Origin: Rhodospirillaceae bacterium
GTDB lineage: Bacteria; Pseudomonadota; Alphaproteobacteria; Puniceispirillales; Puniceispirillaceae
Assembly: GCA_011522725.1 (NCBI GenBank)
Contig: WTIL01000081.1
Location: forward strand, 2,259-66,258
Direction: 5' to 3'
DNA: 64,000 bases
Every line of letters begins with the position of its first letter. Within the stretch, counting starts at the first letter, position 1. The position numbers and the translations under genes were made by a program. Shown one piece after another: positions 10,253-20,079 of the stretch. Below the pieces are notes generated by a model. That model was not told where the DNA came from, made no database searches, and was given only the letters and a program-made list of their open reading frames with translations.

Positions 10253-11623
10253 TCATGTTACACCGCCCATGATCTCGATCAACTCGGCAAGCGTCGAGGG
10301 CTGAGCGATTGACAGTCCTGCCGGCGCACCGAGTTTCTTGCGCGGTTTCGGCATCACCGCCATGTCGAAGCCCAGCTTCGCCGCTTCCTTCAGACGCGCG
10401 TCGGCCTGGGCCACCTGGCGCAGTTCCGCCGACAGGGCGACCTCGCCGAAGAACACACTTCTGGGCGGCGCCGGACGGCCACTGACCGACGAAATCAGGG
10501 CGGCAGCGACAGCCAGGTCCGCGGCAGTCTCTGAAATCTTCAGGCCACCGGCCACATTCAGGAAAATGTCGCGTCCGGAAAGCGGCACGCCGCACCGTGC
10601 TTCCAGAACGGCGGTCAGCATCGCCAGCCTGCTGCCGTCCCAGCCAACGACATTGCGGCGGGGCGAGGCGAGGGTGGACGGGGCGACGAGTGCCTCGATC
10701 TCGACCAGCACGGGCCGGCTGCCCTCGATGCCGGCGAACACAACCGCGCCGGTGACCTCGTCACGTCTGTCGGCGAGGAACAGTTCCGACGGGTTCGGAA
10801 CCTCGGCAAGGCCGGTTTCGACCATTTCGAAGACGCCGATCTCGTCGGTCGCGCCAAACCTGTTCTTCACCCCGCGAAGAATACGGAAATGGTGCGACCG
10901 GTCCCCTTCGAAATAGAGGACTGTATCGACCATATGCTCCAGCACGCGCGGCCCGGCGATGGCGCCGTCCTTGGTGACATGCCCGACCACGAGAAGCGCG
11001 ACATCGTGGCCTTTCGCGGCGCGGATCAGTTCCTGCGCTGAGGCGCGTACCTGGCTGACCGTTCCCGGCGCCGAATCCAGGGTCGGCAGATACATCGTCT
11101 GGATGGAGTCGATCACCACCACATCCGGCCCGTCCGGACCACCCAGCGAGGCGGCGATGTCGCCTGCGTTGGTCACGGTGGCGAGCTCGACATTCGCCTC
11201 GCCAAGGCCGAGACGACGGGCCCGCATGCGGACCTGTTCTGCCGACTCCTCGCCGGAGACATAAGCGGCGCGTGCGCCTGCGGCGGCAAGCCGGCAGACA
11301 AGCTGCAGCAGCAAAGTCGATTTGCCGATCCCAGGATCACCGCCGATCAGCGTTGCCGAGCCCTTGACCAGCCCGCCGCCGGACACGCGGTCGAACTCGC
11401 CAAGCCCGGTTTTCATGCGCGGCGGTGGCGGGGTGTCGGCGCTGGTGGCAAGCGGCTGCATGTCGATTCGCCGGCCTGCGACTTTCTTGCCGGGCCCGGA
11501 CGGTGTCTCGATCCGTTCCTCGACAAGCGTGTTCCAGGCTCCGCAATGATCGCAGCGGCCCGACCATTTGCGATGGGCGCCACCACATTGCTGGCAGACA
11601 TAGCTGACCGAGGGTTTCGCCAT
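10253..11623 (-). CDS. radA: DNA repair protein RadA/Sms
   Basis: CxxC..CxxC Zn finger, GGDPGIGKST, KNRFG motif. Confidence 0.97.
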   Translation of the reverse strand: MAKPSVSYVCQQCGGAHRKWSGRCDHCGAWNTLVEERIETPSGPGKKVAGRRIDMQPLATSADTPPPPRMKTGLGEFDRVSGGGLVKGSATLIGGDPGIGKSTLLLQLVCRLAAAGARAAYVSGEESAEQVRMRARRLGLGEANVELATVTNAGDIAASLGGPDGPDVVVIDSIQTMYLPTLDSAPGTVSQVRASAQELIRAAKGHDVALLVVGHVTKDGAIAGPRVLEHMVDTVLYFEGDRSHHFRILRGVKNRFGATDEIGVFEMVETGLAEVPNPSELFLADRRDEVTGAVVFAGIEGSRPVLVEIEALVAPSTLASPRRNVVGWDGSRLAMLTAVLEARCGVPLSGRDIFLNVAGGLKISETAADLAVAAALISSVSGRPAPPRSVFFGEVALSAELRQVAQADARLKEAAKLGFDMAVMPKPRKKLGAPAGLSIAQPSTLAELIEIMGGVT

Positions 11624-12441
11624 CAGTCGCCCCGCGCCTCGGCCTGGGCGGCCAAGGTCAACGGGCCGTCGGCAAGGCCGTGCACGAATTGGTGGACTTC
11701 CGGGATGCCGGTGTCATCCATCTCCTCGGCCGGGCCACACCAGATAATCACACCGTTATGGACCATCGCCACCTTGTCGGCGATCCGGCGGACCGATGCC
11801 ATGTCGTGGCTGATGGTCAGCGCGGTGGCGCCAAGCCGCCTGACGCTGTCGAGGATCAGCCTGTCGATGACGCCGCCGGTGATCGGGTCGAGGCCGGATG
11901 TTGGCTCGTCAAACAGCAGGATTTCCGGCTTGTCGGCAATGGCGCGCGCCAGCGCCACGCGCTTTTGCATCCCGCCGGACAGTTCCGCCGGATACTGGTC
12001 AATCACATGTGCGGCAAGGCCAAGCTGCGTGATGGTCTCAGCCGCCAGGTCACGTGCCTGCTGGCGTGTCATGGTCTGCTGCTGGCGGAGGCGGAAGGTG
12101 ACATTCTCCCAGATCGGCAGCGAATCGAACAGCGCGCCGAACTGGAAGGTCATGCCGAACCGGCGCCGCATTGACTCGAGCTGGTGGCGGCCGGCATGGA
12201 TCATTTCCTCGCCATCGACCTTGATCGACCCGCCATCGGCGCGCAGCAGCCCCAGCAGGCATTTCAGCGTGACCGACTTGCCGCATCCGGACGTGCCGAT
12301 AATGGCAAGCGATTCCTCCGCCGCGACCTCGATGTCGATGCCGCGAAGCACCTGCTTGTCGCCAAAGGATTTGGTGACGCCGCTCATTACGATTTTTGGA
12401 GTTGCTGCCTTTGATGCTGGCGATTTTGCTTTGCTGCTCAT
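11623..12441 (-). CDS. mlaF: Mla/Ttg2 ABC transporter ATP-binding protein
   Basis: GTSGCGKS, FQFGALFDSL, LSGGMQKRVALARA, DEPTSGLDP; adjacent to mlaE. Confidence 0.9.
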   Translation of the reverse strand: MSSKAKSPASKAATPKIVMSGVTKSFGDKQVLRGIDIEVAAEESLAIIGTSGCGKSVTLKCLLGLLRADGGSIKVDGEEMIHAGRHQLESMRRRFGMTFQFGALFDSLPIWENVTFRLRQQQTMTRQQARDLAAETITQLGLAAHVIDQYPAELSGGMQKRVALARAIADKPEILLFDEPTSGLDPITGGVIDRLILDSVRRLGATALTISHDMASVRRIADKVAMVHNGVIIWCGPAEEMDDTGIPEVHQFVHGLADGPLTLAAQAEARGD

Positions 12442-12448
12442 GACCCGA

Positions 12449-13222
12449 TCACCCGAAGAACAGCGCTGTGACGATATAATTGGCGATCAGGATCAGGATC
12501 GAGGAGGACACCACCGCATTGGTGGTGGCGCGGCCGACGCCTTCTGCGCCGCGGCCTGAATGATAACCGTGATAACAGCCCATCAGCGCGATCAGGAAGC
12601 CGAATACGGCTGCCTTGATCAGGCCGAGCGTGACGTCGGAGAATTCAAGGAACTCCAGCGTGCGGCTGAGATAGACGGACGGGTTGAACCCCAGCCGGTA
12701 GACACCGACAAGGTACCCGCCGAAGACGCCGATCAGGTCGCCGACCAGTACAAGGAACGGAAGGCAGATGGTCCCGGCCACAATGCGCGGCGCGACCAGA
12801 TACTGCATCGGGCGGGTGGACAGCGTATCCAGCGCGTCGATCTGGTCCGTCACCCGCATGGTGCCGATCTCTGCCGCCATCGAGGCGCCGATGCGGCCGG
12901 CGACCATAAGTCCGGCAAGGACCGGTCCCAGTTCGCGCGTCACCGACAGCACGACCACTGTCGCCACCGTATCCTCGGCCGAGAAACGGGCGAAACCCGT
13001 ATAGGACTGCAATGCCAGCACCATGCCCGAGAACAACGTCGTCAATCCGACCACGGGAAGCGAGAAATAGCCGATATCGAGGATCTGCCGACCCAGCTGG
13101 CGCAGATAGAAAGGCGGCACAAACGTCCAGCGGATGGCCGCCGCTGTGAACAGCGCGATACGACCGATCGCCGCCAGGAAGGCGAGGCTTGTCCGGCCGA
13201 TATTCTGAAGAAACGCGATCAT
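12449..13222 (-). CDS. mlaE: MlaE-family ABC permease
   Basis: RELGPVLAGLMVAGRIGASMAAEIGTMRVTDQIDAL, GAEGVGRATT. Confidence 0.93.
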   Translation of the reverse strand: MIAFLQNIGRTSLAFLAAIGRIALFTAAAIRWTFVPPFYLRQLGRQILDIGYFSLPVVGLTTLFSGMVLALQSYTGFARFSAEDTVATVVVLSVTRELGPVLAGLMVAGRIGASMAAEIGTMRVTDQIDALDTLSTRPMQYLVAPRIVAGTICLPFLVLVGDLIGVFGGYLVGVYRLGFNPSVYLSRTLEFLEFSDVTLGLIKAAVFGFLIALMGCYHGYHSGRGAEGVGRATTNAVVSSSILILIANYIVTALFFG

Positions 13223-13267
13223 TCCTGGTCCCGGGCTGCACCGGTGCCACGCGGCACCCGGGTCAAT

Positions 13268-14455
13268 TTATGCCCCGGTTTGCCCCTTTTGACCACCCTT
13301 GAAGCGCCGTTTCGGCCGCTGTCCGAGCTGGGTAAGGATCTCATAGCCGATGGTGCCGGCATCATGCGCCATCCGGGCAAGACCATAGGCCGGGCCGAGC
13401 AGGGTGGCATGGCCTGCCGCGTCGACCTTGCCCGCATCAATGCTGGTGACGTCGACGGTGATGCTGTCCATGGAGACCCGGCCGACAACCGGTGCCAGAT
13501 GCCCGGCAATCTCGACCTGTGCGCGATTGCCGAGGCTGCGCGGATATCCATCCGCATATCCGACCCCGACGGTGGCGATACGCGAATCCCTGTCCAGCAC
13601 ATGGGTGCCGTTATATCCGACCTTGTCGCCGGCCAGCGCCGTGCGATGCTGGAGGATGCGGGCCTGCCAGGTGACGGCAGGCGTCAGGGTGGCGGCCTCC
13701 TCCATCTGCACGCCTTCGGCATCGATACCGGCGGGATGCAGGCCATAGAGGGCGATCCCGGGGCGGGTCATGTCAAAGCGATAGTCTCCGCCGAGCAATG
13801 TGCCGCCGCTGTTGCCAAGGCTGGCGGGGATGCCCGGAAACAACTCCCGAAGTTTCGTAAAGGCGGCAAGCTGACGGGCGCTGGCATCGTCATGCGGGTC
13901 TTCCGACGCCGTCAGATGGCTCATCAGCAGGCAAGGGTTGACGGCGCCAAGTGGGTTGTCGCCGTCCTTCCCGGCGTCTTCCATCATGGTTTTGAGGGTG
14001 TCCAGCTCCCTGCGGTCCAGCCCAAGCCTTGTCATGCCGGTATCGACATGGATGGCGGCGTCCCAGCCACGGCCTGTGGCGGCGAGCCGGCGCAGCTGTT
14101 CGATATTGTTGATCACCGGATTGATCCGGAAGGCCAGGAAGTCGTCTTCCTGTCCGGGGTGACAGCCGCTGAGCGTAAAGACGCGCGTTTCGGCATATCC
14201 GGCGTCATCCAGCGCGCGCCGGATTGTAACCGCCTCGGCCAGTGACATCACAAAGAAGGTCCGGCATCCGGCATCCGCAAGGCGTGGCGCCAGGATCGCC
14301 GCGCCGAGGCCATATCCGTCAGCCTTGACCACGGCCGCCGTTTCGGTGTCATCGCCATTGCGCGCATCCAGCATGCGCCAGTTGCCCGTGATGGCGTCGA
14401 TATCGATGGTGATCAGGCTGTCGGCGGTGCCGAAGTCGGGATTGTCATCGCGCAT
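13268..14455 (-). CDS. alr: Alanine racemase
   Basis: AVVKADGYGLG PLP lysine, HVDTGMTRLG, RPGIALYG, GYADG, GRVSMD. Confidence 0.96.
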   Translation of the reverse strand: MRDDNPDFGTADSLITIDIDAITGNWRMLDARNGDDTETAAVVKADGYGLGAAILAPRLADAGCRTFFVMSLAEAVTIRRALDDAGYAETRVFTLSGCHPGQEDDFLAFRINPVINNIEQLRRLAATGRGWDAAIHVDTGMTRLGLDRRELDTLKTMMEDAGKDGDNPLGAVNPCLLMSHLTASEDPHDDASARQLAAFTKLRELFPGIPASLGNSGGTLLGGDYRFDMTRPGIALYGLHPAGIDAEGVQMEEAATLTPAVTWQARILQHRTALAGDKVGYNGTHVLDRDSRIATVGVGYADGYPRSLGNRAQVEIAGHLAPVVGRVSMDSITVDVTSIDAGKVDAAGHATLLGPAYGLARMAHDAGTIGYEILTQLGQRPKRRFKGGQKGQTGA

Positions 14456-14472
14456 GGAGACCGCCCCTCATA

Positions 14473-15981
14473 TCAGAAGTGATCGGGAACCCGGCTGTCA
14501 TCCGTCAGGTCGCTGAAGTGCGTGAAGCTCTTCTCGAAATGAACATTGATGGAACCGACGGGGCCGTGACGCTGCTTGGCGATAATGACCTCGGCCTTGT
14601 TCTCGGCGGCCTGCAGCCTCGCCATGAAAGCGTCGTTCTTGGCGTTGAACTGTTCCTCGGTCTCGCGGGCGTCGCGCTCCGGATCCTTCTTGTTCAGGTA
14701 ATATTCCTCGCGATAGATGAACAGCACGACATCGGCGTCCTGCTCGATCGACCCGGACTCACGCAGGTCGGACAGGTTCGGGCGCTTGTCCTCGCGCTGT
14801 TCGACAGCCCGTGAAAGCTGCGAGAGCGCCAGCACCGGAACGTCCAGTTCCTTGGCAATGGCCTTCAGCGATCGGCTGATGTTGGAAATTTCCTGCACCC
14901 TGTTCTCTGACTTCACGCCGAGCTGCGGCGTCAGCAGCTGCAGATAGTCGACGACGATCAGGCCAAGCCCGCCGGTGCGCTTCATCCGGCGCGCGCGGCT
15001 CGCCACCTGCGAGACCGACAGCGACGGCGTGTCGTCGATATAGAAGGGCGCGACGGACAGCTGGTTGCTGACCTCAACCAGCCTGTCGAACTCCTCGGCG
15101 TTGAGATCGCCCTGGCGGATGGCGTTGGAATCGATCCTTGCGCGCTCGCTCAAGATACGTGTGCCCAGCTGTTCGGCCGACATCTCGAGCGAGAAGAACG
15201 CCACCGGCCTTGCTTCCTCGCCGGTGCGCGTTGTTGTCGCCGAGTGGAAGGCCATGGTTGTCGCCAGCGCCGACTTGCCCATGCCGGGGCGGCCGGCAAG
15301 GATGATCAGGTCCGACCGGTGAAGGCCGCCCATCTTCGCGTTGAGGTCGGTCAGGCCGGTGCTGACGCCGGACAGGCCTCCATCCGACTTGCGCGCAATG
15401 GCAGCCATGTTCACCGCAGCCGCCGTCACGCTCTCGAAATTGCGAAGGCCGGCTCCGGCCTCTCCGCTTTCGGCAAGCTGGAAGAGTTTCGCTTCGGCCG
15501 TCTCGATCTGCTTCGTGGCCGAAAGATCGACATCGGGGTGGATGGCGTCCTCGATCACGTCGTCGCCGATGCGGATCAGCTCGCGCCGCAGATGCGCCTC
15601 ATAGATGGTGACGGCGTAGTCTGCCGACTGTGCAAGGCTGATGACGCCGTCGGCAAGCTCGCCCAGATAATCCTCGATGGCGCCGTCCGGCCCGTCATCG
15701 GTGCCGCTGAAGAAACTTTTCAGGGTGACCGGGTTCGCCAGCTGCCCGCGGTCGATCATGCGCATCATGGTGGCGAAGATGCGGCCATGGAGCGGATCGT
15801 AGAAATGTTCCGCACGGAGGCGGTCGTCGATCTTCTCCATGATGTCATTGTCGATAAGCAGCGCGCCAAGAAGGTTCTGCTCCGCAGGCAGGTTGTGCGG
15901 CATCTTGCGTGCGGCGGCGAGACCGGACGCAGGATCGACGGCGGCAGGAAAGGTTTCGATGTTGGCTGACTCTTCGGACAT
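14473..15981 (-). CDS. dnaB: Replicative DNA helicase
   Basis: GRPGMGKS, FSLEMS, VDYLQL, LSQLSR, DLRESGSIEQDAD, KQRHGP. Confidence 0.97.
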   Translation of the reverse strand: MSEESANIETFPAAVDPASGLAAARKMPHNLPAEQNLLGALLIDNDIMEKIDDRLRAEHFYDPLHGRIFATMMRMIDRGQLANPVTLKSFFSGTDDGPDGAIEDYLGELADGVISLAQSADYAVTIYEAHLRRELIRIGDDVIEDAIHPDVDLSATKQIETAEAKLFQLAESGEAGAGLRNFESVTAAAVNMAAIARKSDGGLSGVSTGLTDLNAKMGGLHRSDLIILAGRPGMGKSALATTMAFHSATTTRTGEEARPVAFFSLEMSAEQLGTRILSERARIDSNAIRQGDLNAEEFDRLVEVSNQLSVAPFYIDDTPSLSVSQVASRARRMKRTGGLGLIVVDYLQLLTPQLGVKSENRVQEISNISRSLKAIAKELDVPVLALSQLSRAVEQREDKRPNLSDLRESGSIEQDADVVLFIYREEYYLNKKDPERDARETEEQFNAKNDAFMARLQAAENKAEVIIAKQRHGPVGSINVHFEKSFTHFSDLTDDSRVPDHF

Positions 15982-16068
15982 GGCGTCAGCCTAGCAAAAG
16001 CATTCCGCAAGAGCGTCATGTTAAATCTGTGGGTATCGGGGATAAGTGCAAAAAATTCCGGTGAAACG

Positions 16069-16096
16069 AAAAAAGCCGGGGCGAACCCCGGCTTTT
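16069..16096 (-). terminator. Intrinsic terminator of the rpsF-rpsR-rplI operon
   Basis: AAAAAA-GCCGGGG-CGAA-CCCCGGC-TTTT: 7-bp GC stem with U-tract on the minus strand, just after rplI. Confidence 0.85.
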
Positions 16097-16119
16097 CAAT
16101 CTTGTCGTGATAACAAGGC

Positions 16120-16776
16120 TTATGCCTCGTCGCTTTCCTCGGCGGCTGCCTCTTCGGCCGGTGCTTCTTCGGCCGGTGCCTCTTCGGAAGCGGCTTCCTC
16201 GGTTGCGGCCTCGTCGGCTGGTGCGGCTTCGGCGGCTGCCTCGGCCTCGTAACCGGCATCCATGTCGTCATCATCGTCATCGATCATGCCGGTGACGGCG
16301 ACACCGGTCTCCAGCTGGGTCTTCGCCTCGTCGAGCGAACGCGCGACGTTGACCGTGACTGTGACCGATACTTCGGGATGAAGGCGCAGGCGCGTGTCGT
16401 GAAGGCCGAGTGTCTTGATGGCCTTTTCCATCACCACCTGGTTGCGGGTGATGGTGAAGCCGGCCTCGGTCACCGCCTCGGCGATGTCGCGCGAGGTAAC
16501 GGATCCGAAGAGCTGACCCATTTCCGAAGCGGCGCGAACCATGCTGACGGCGAGGCCGTCCATCTTGCCGGCTTCGGTCTCTGCCTCGCTACGGCGGGAC
16601 AGGTTGTCAGCTTCACGCTGGGCCTTTTCGGTTTCGAAACGCTCGAGGTTGTTCTTGTTGGCGCGAAGGGCCTTGCCTTGCGGCAGCAGGAAGTTGCGGG
16701 CGTAGCCCGGCTTCACCTTCACGACATCGCCCATCTGGCCGAGCTTCTCGACGCGTTCAAGCAGAATGATTTCCAT
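16120..16776 (-). CDS. rplI: 50S ribosomal protein L9 with acidic low-complexity tail
   Basis: [38 protein letters not shown]. Confidence 0.98.
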   Translation of the reverse strand: MEIILLERVEKLGQMGDVVKVKPGYARNFLLPQGKALRANKNNLERFETEKAQREADNLSRRSEAETEAGKMDGLAVSMVRAASEMGQLFGSVTSRDIAEAVTEAGFTITRNQVVMEKAIKTLGLHDTRLRLHPEVSVTVTVNVARSLDEAKTQLETGVAVTGMIDDDDDDMDAGYEAEAAAEAAPADEAATEEAASEEAPAEEAPAEEAAAEESDEA

Positions 16777-16806
16777 TGTCCAATCTCTCCTTTGCTTGCC
16801 GCGACG

Positions 16807-17061
16807 TTACGAGGTCACGTAAGGCATCAGGGCAAGGAACCGTGCCCGCTTGATGGCAACAGCCAGCTCGCGCTGCTTCTTGGCCGAAACGGCCGAGATG
16901 CGCGACGGCACGATCTTGCCGCGCTCGGATGTGTAGCGCGCAAGCAGCTTGGTGTCCTTGTAGTCGATGACCTGTGCGTTCGGTCCGGAAAACGGGCACG
17001 ACTTGCGACGGCGGCCAAACGGGCGACGGACGGCTTCGCGTTTGATTTCGAGTTGCGTCAT
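16807..17061 (-). CDS. rpsR: 30S ribosomal protein S18
   Basis: [37 protein letters not shown]. Confidence 0.98.
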   Translation of the reverse strand: MTQLEIKREAVRRPFGRRRKSCPFSGPNAQVIDYKDTKLLARYTSERGKIVPSRISAVSAKKQRELAVAIKRARFLALMPYVTS

Positions 17062-17064
17062 GAT

Positions 17065-17550
17065 CTATTCCTCGCTGCTGTCGGTGGCAGGTGCGGCCTC
17101 GGCCTCTGCTGCTGCTTCGGCCGGCTTGGCCTCTGCTGCGGCTTCCTGGCGCGGCGGGCGTGATCCACGATCACCACGATCGCCCCTGTCACCCCTGTCA
17201 CCACGGTCAGAACGATCTCCGCGCTCACCCTTGTTCTGCATGATGATCGACGGTGCTTCGTCGACTTCCTCGATGCGGATGTTGAGGAAACGAAGAACAT
17301 CTTCGTTCAGGCCCATGATCCGCTCGTATTCCTTCAGCGTCGCGCCGTCGGTCTCGAGGTTGAACATGATGTAATGGCCCTTGCGGTTCTTCTTGATGCG
17401 ATAGGCAAGCGACCGCAGACCCCAATATTCACGTTTGTGGATTTTGCCACCGGCGTTGGTGATGATGCCGGCAAATTCATCGGCCATGGATTCGACCTGC
17501 TGGGACGAAATATCCTGACGCGCAATGAACACGCTTTCATACAAGCGCAT
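17065..17550 (-). CDS. rpsF: 30S ribosomal protein S6
   Basis: MRLYESVFIARQD, EYWGLRSLAYRIKKNRKGHY; AAGGAG RBS before ATG 17550. Confidence 0.98.
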   Translation of the reverse strand: MRLYESVFIARQDISSQQVESMADEFAGIITNAGGKIHKREYWGLRSLAYRIKKNRKGHYIMFNLETDGATLKEYERIMGLNEDVLRFLNIRIEEVDEAPSIIMQNKGERGDRSDRGDRGDRGDRGDRGSRPPRQEAAAEAKPAEAAAEAEAAPATDSSEE

Positions 17551-17556
17551 GCGTAA

Positions 17557-17620
17557 CTCCTTCTGGCTAATTGCCCGATGCCGAACTTTGCAAGGGGCCA
17601 ACCGGTTTCCCGGCAAGGAT
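17557..17620 (-). promoter_or_regulatory. S6:S18-type autoregulatory mRNA leader of rpsF
   Basis: mRNA UGGC-CCC-UUGC...GCAA-UUA-GCCA (CCC in an internal loop), CCGG-GAAA-CCGG hairpin, UCCUU able to pair with the AAGGA Shine-Dalgarno. Confidence 0.65.
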
Positions 17621-17672
17621 TGTTTCAGTGATGTAGGCACCGGCGGGTAGCGCCGCATCCGATGCAGCGCGC

Positions 17673-17700
17673 ACAATACACGATGCTGCGGCGGGTGCAA
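17673..17700 (-). promoter_or_regulatory. Candidate sigma70 promoter of rpsF
   Basis: Minus strand TTGCAC-16 nt-TATTGT upstream of the leader. Confidence 0.45.
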
Positions 17701-17844
17701 GCGAATTGTCGGCATCTGCCGGCGGGGCCGCTATGGCATAATTTCGCCAAATTCCGCCGCCATTGACGTCGCCATGCAACTATGGAATAGCTCCGCGCGA
17801 CATCGCCTGTCGCGATCAGCGCGCGGGGGTTCGGGAGGCATCGC

Positions 17845-18792
17845 ATGACACAAAAGATAATGTTCCAGTTTCCGGGACAGGGATCGCAGGCCGTTGGCAT
17901 GGGTGGATCGCTGGCCGAGGCTTTTCCAGTGGCGCGCGCTGCCTTCGAAGAGGTCAATGACGCGCTTGGCGAGGATCTGTTCCGCCTGATGCAGGACGGG
18001 CCCGAGGACGATCTGCGACTGACCCGCAACGCCCAGCCGGCTCTGTTCGCTGCCTCCATGGCGGCGCTAGCGGTACTGAAGGAGAAGACCGGCAAGGACT
18101 TATCGGCTATGGCGTCCTTCGTCGCCGGTCACTCGCTTGGCGAATATTCGGCCCTTGCCGCTGCCGGCACGCTGGCCATCGGCGATGCCGCGCGCCTGCT
18201 GCGGCTGCGCGGCGACAGCATGCAGGACGCGGTTCCGGCAGGCGAGGGCGCAATGGCGGCGATTCTCGGTACTGAGGAGGCTGTGATCGACGAGATCACG
18301 GCGGAAGCATCGGCGGGCGGCGTCATCCAGCTTGCGAATGACAATGCGCCCGGACAGATCGTCGTCAGCGGCGCCGCGGCGGCCGTCGATCTGGCCATCG
18401 AGGCGGCCAAGGCTCGCGGCATCCGCCGCGCCATCAAGCTGCCGGTCAGCGCCCCGTTCCATTGTGACATGATGCAGCCGGCAGCCGACGCCATGGCGGC
18501 CGCGCTCGCCGACGCCGATATGAAGAATTCAGCGGTTCCCGTGTTCTGCAATGTTGCGGCGGCTCCGGAGAGCAATGCAGACGCCCTTCGTGCCAATCTG
18601 GTGACGCAGGTGACCGGACGCGTCCGCTGGCGCGAGACCCTGCTCGCGGCGCAGGCCGCCGGAGTGACCGCTTTTGTCGAGATCGGCACCGGCAAGGTTC
18701 TGTCCGGTCTGGTGAAACGCACGCTCGAGGATGTCGCCATCGCCAATCTGGACGGGGCTGACGATCTGGACTCGGTTCTGGCCCATCTGTAG
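17845..18792 (+). CDS. fabD: Malonyl-CoA:ACP transacylase
   Basis: FPGQGSQ, AQPAL, GHSLGEYSAL, LPVSAPFHC. Confidence 0.97.
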   Translation: MTQKIMFQFPGQGSQAVGMGGSLAEAFPVARAAFEEVNDALGEDLFRLMQDGPEDDLRLTRNAQPALFAASMAALAVLKEKTGKDLSAMASFVAGHSLGEYSALAAAGTLAIGDAARLLRLRGDSMQDAVPAGEGAMAAILGTEEAVIDEITAEASAGGVIQLANDNAPGQIVVSGAAAAVDLAIEAAKARGIRRAIKLPVSAPFHCDMMQPAADAMAAALADADMKNSAVPVFCNVAAAPESNADALRANLVTQVTGRVRWRETLLAAQAAGVTAFVEIGTGKVLSGLVKRTLEDVAIANLDGADDLDSVLAHL

Positions 18793-18875
18793 GGTCTCGG
18801 CACTGCGCGGCTGCGTCGCTGCGATGCCCATTCGCCTGCCATGAGGTGGCCGGCAGCTAGTGAAAGGACGTCTTC

Positions 18876-19616
18876 ATGTTTGATCTTTCCGGCAATATCG
18901 CCCTGATCACAGGTGCAAGCGGCGGCATCGGCGCCGCGATCGCCCGTGCCCTTCACGGGCGCGGTGCGACGGTTGTGCTGCATGGCACGCGCGCCGAACG
19001 GCTGGCGGAACTGGCAGGTGAGCTTGGCGAGCGCACGCATGTCGTGACAGCCAACCTGTCGAGCCGTGAAGAGGCGGCGGGGCTGATCGACGCCGCCGCC
19101 GAGGCAGCAGGCGCGCCGGTCACGATCCTCGTCAACAATGCCGGCATCACCCGTGACAATCTGGCGATGCGCATGAAGGACGAGGAATGGGACGAGGTTC
19201 TCAACGTCAACATGACGGCCGCGATGATGATTGCGCGTGCCGCGTTGCGCCCGATGATGAAGGCGCGCCATGGCCGGATTATCTCGGTCTCCTCGATCGT
19301 GGGTGTCACCGGCAATCCGGGCCAGGCGAACTATGCGGCTTCCAAGGCCGGCATGATCGGTTTCAGCAAGGCGCTGGCGGCCGAAGTGGCCAGCCGCGGC
19401 ATCACCGTGAATGTGGTGGCGCCGGGGTTCATCGAAACTCCGATGACCGACGCGCTTGACGAAAACCAGCAGCAGGCGCTGCTTGGCCGCGTTCCTGTCG
19501 GTCGTCTCGGCAGTGCCGAAGAGGTGGCCGCGGCCGTGACGTTCCTTGCCAGCGGCGAGTCGTCCTACATCACCGGATCGACCATTCATGTGAATGGCGG
19601 CATGGCAATGCTGTAG
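18876..19616 (+). CDS. fabG: 3-oxoacyl-ACP reductase
   Basis: TGASGGIG, NNAGITRDNL, GNPGQANYAASK; fab operon context. Confidence 0.97.
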   Translation: MFDLSGNIALITGASGGIGAAIARALHGRGATVVLHGTRAERLAELAGELGERTHVVTANLSSREEAAGLIDAAAEAAGAPVTILVNNAGITRDNLAMRMKDEEWDEVLNVNMTAAMMIARAALRPMMKARHGRIISVSSIVGVTGNPGQANYAASKAGMIGFSKALAAEVASRGITVNVVAPGFIETPMTDALDENQQQALLGRVPVGRLGSAEEVAAAVTFLASGESSYITGSTIHVNGGMAML

Positions 19617-19736
19617 GAGCACAGCCAATCGTTGTTATTAAGGGTGGCGTAGCCCAGAAAAACGTGTTAAGTGCCGCCCATTCGAAATTCCCGGGGCCTT
19701 CGTGCCTACCTCCAACCTTCTGATAAGGGGGCTTTC

Positions 19737-19973
19737 ATGAGCGATATCTCAGATCGTGTTCGTAACATTGTGGTGGAACATCTTGGCGTTGACGCAGGCA
19801 AAGTTGTCGACGGCGCGAGCTTCATCGATGACCTTGGTGCAGACAGCCTCGACACCGTCGAGCTGGTCATGGCATTCGAGGAAGAGTTCGGTGTGGAAAT
19901 CCCCGACGATGCTGCCGAGCGCATCCTGACAGTGAAGGACGCTGTTTCCTTCCTGGAAGAGAACGCCGCCTAA
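19737..19973 (+). CDS. acpP: Acyl carrier protein
   Basis: [20 protein letters not shown]; start at MSDISDRV. Confidence 0.98.
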   Translation: MSDISDRVRNIVVEHLGVDAGKVVDGASFIDDLGADSLDTVELVMAFEEEFGVEIPDDAAERILTVKDAVSFLEENAA

Positions 19974-19992
19974 ACAGGCCTAAACGCTATCA

Positions 19993-20049
19993 CCGGCCCC
20001 CGACGACCCACCTCGACGGTGGACCTTCATCGGGGGCTGGCGTATTTTT
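19993..20049 (+). terminator. Long hairpin/terminator between acpP and fabF
   Basis: CCGGCCCCCGA...CCACC-TCGAC-GGTGG...TCGGGGGCTGG followed by CGTATTTTT. Confidence 0.6.
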
Positions 20050-20079
20050 AGACAGTTTTTTCTGGATCAGGAGAGAAAC

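Noticed and set aside
17160-17225. RGD repeats in S6 as an integrin-binding motif
   Set aside because: Cytoplasmic ribosomal protein tail; compositional coincidence
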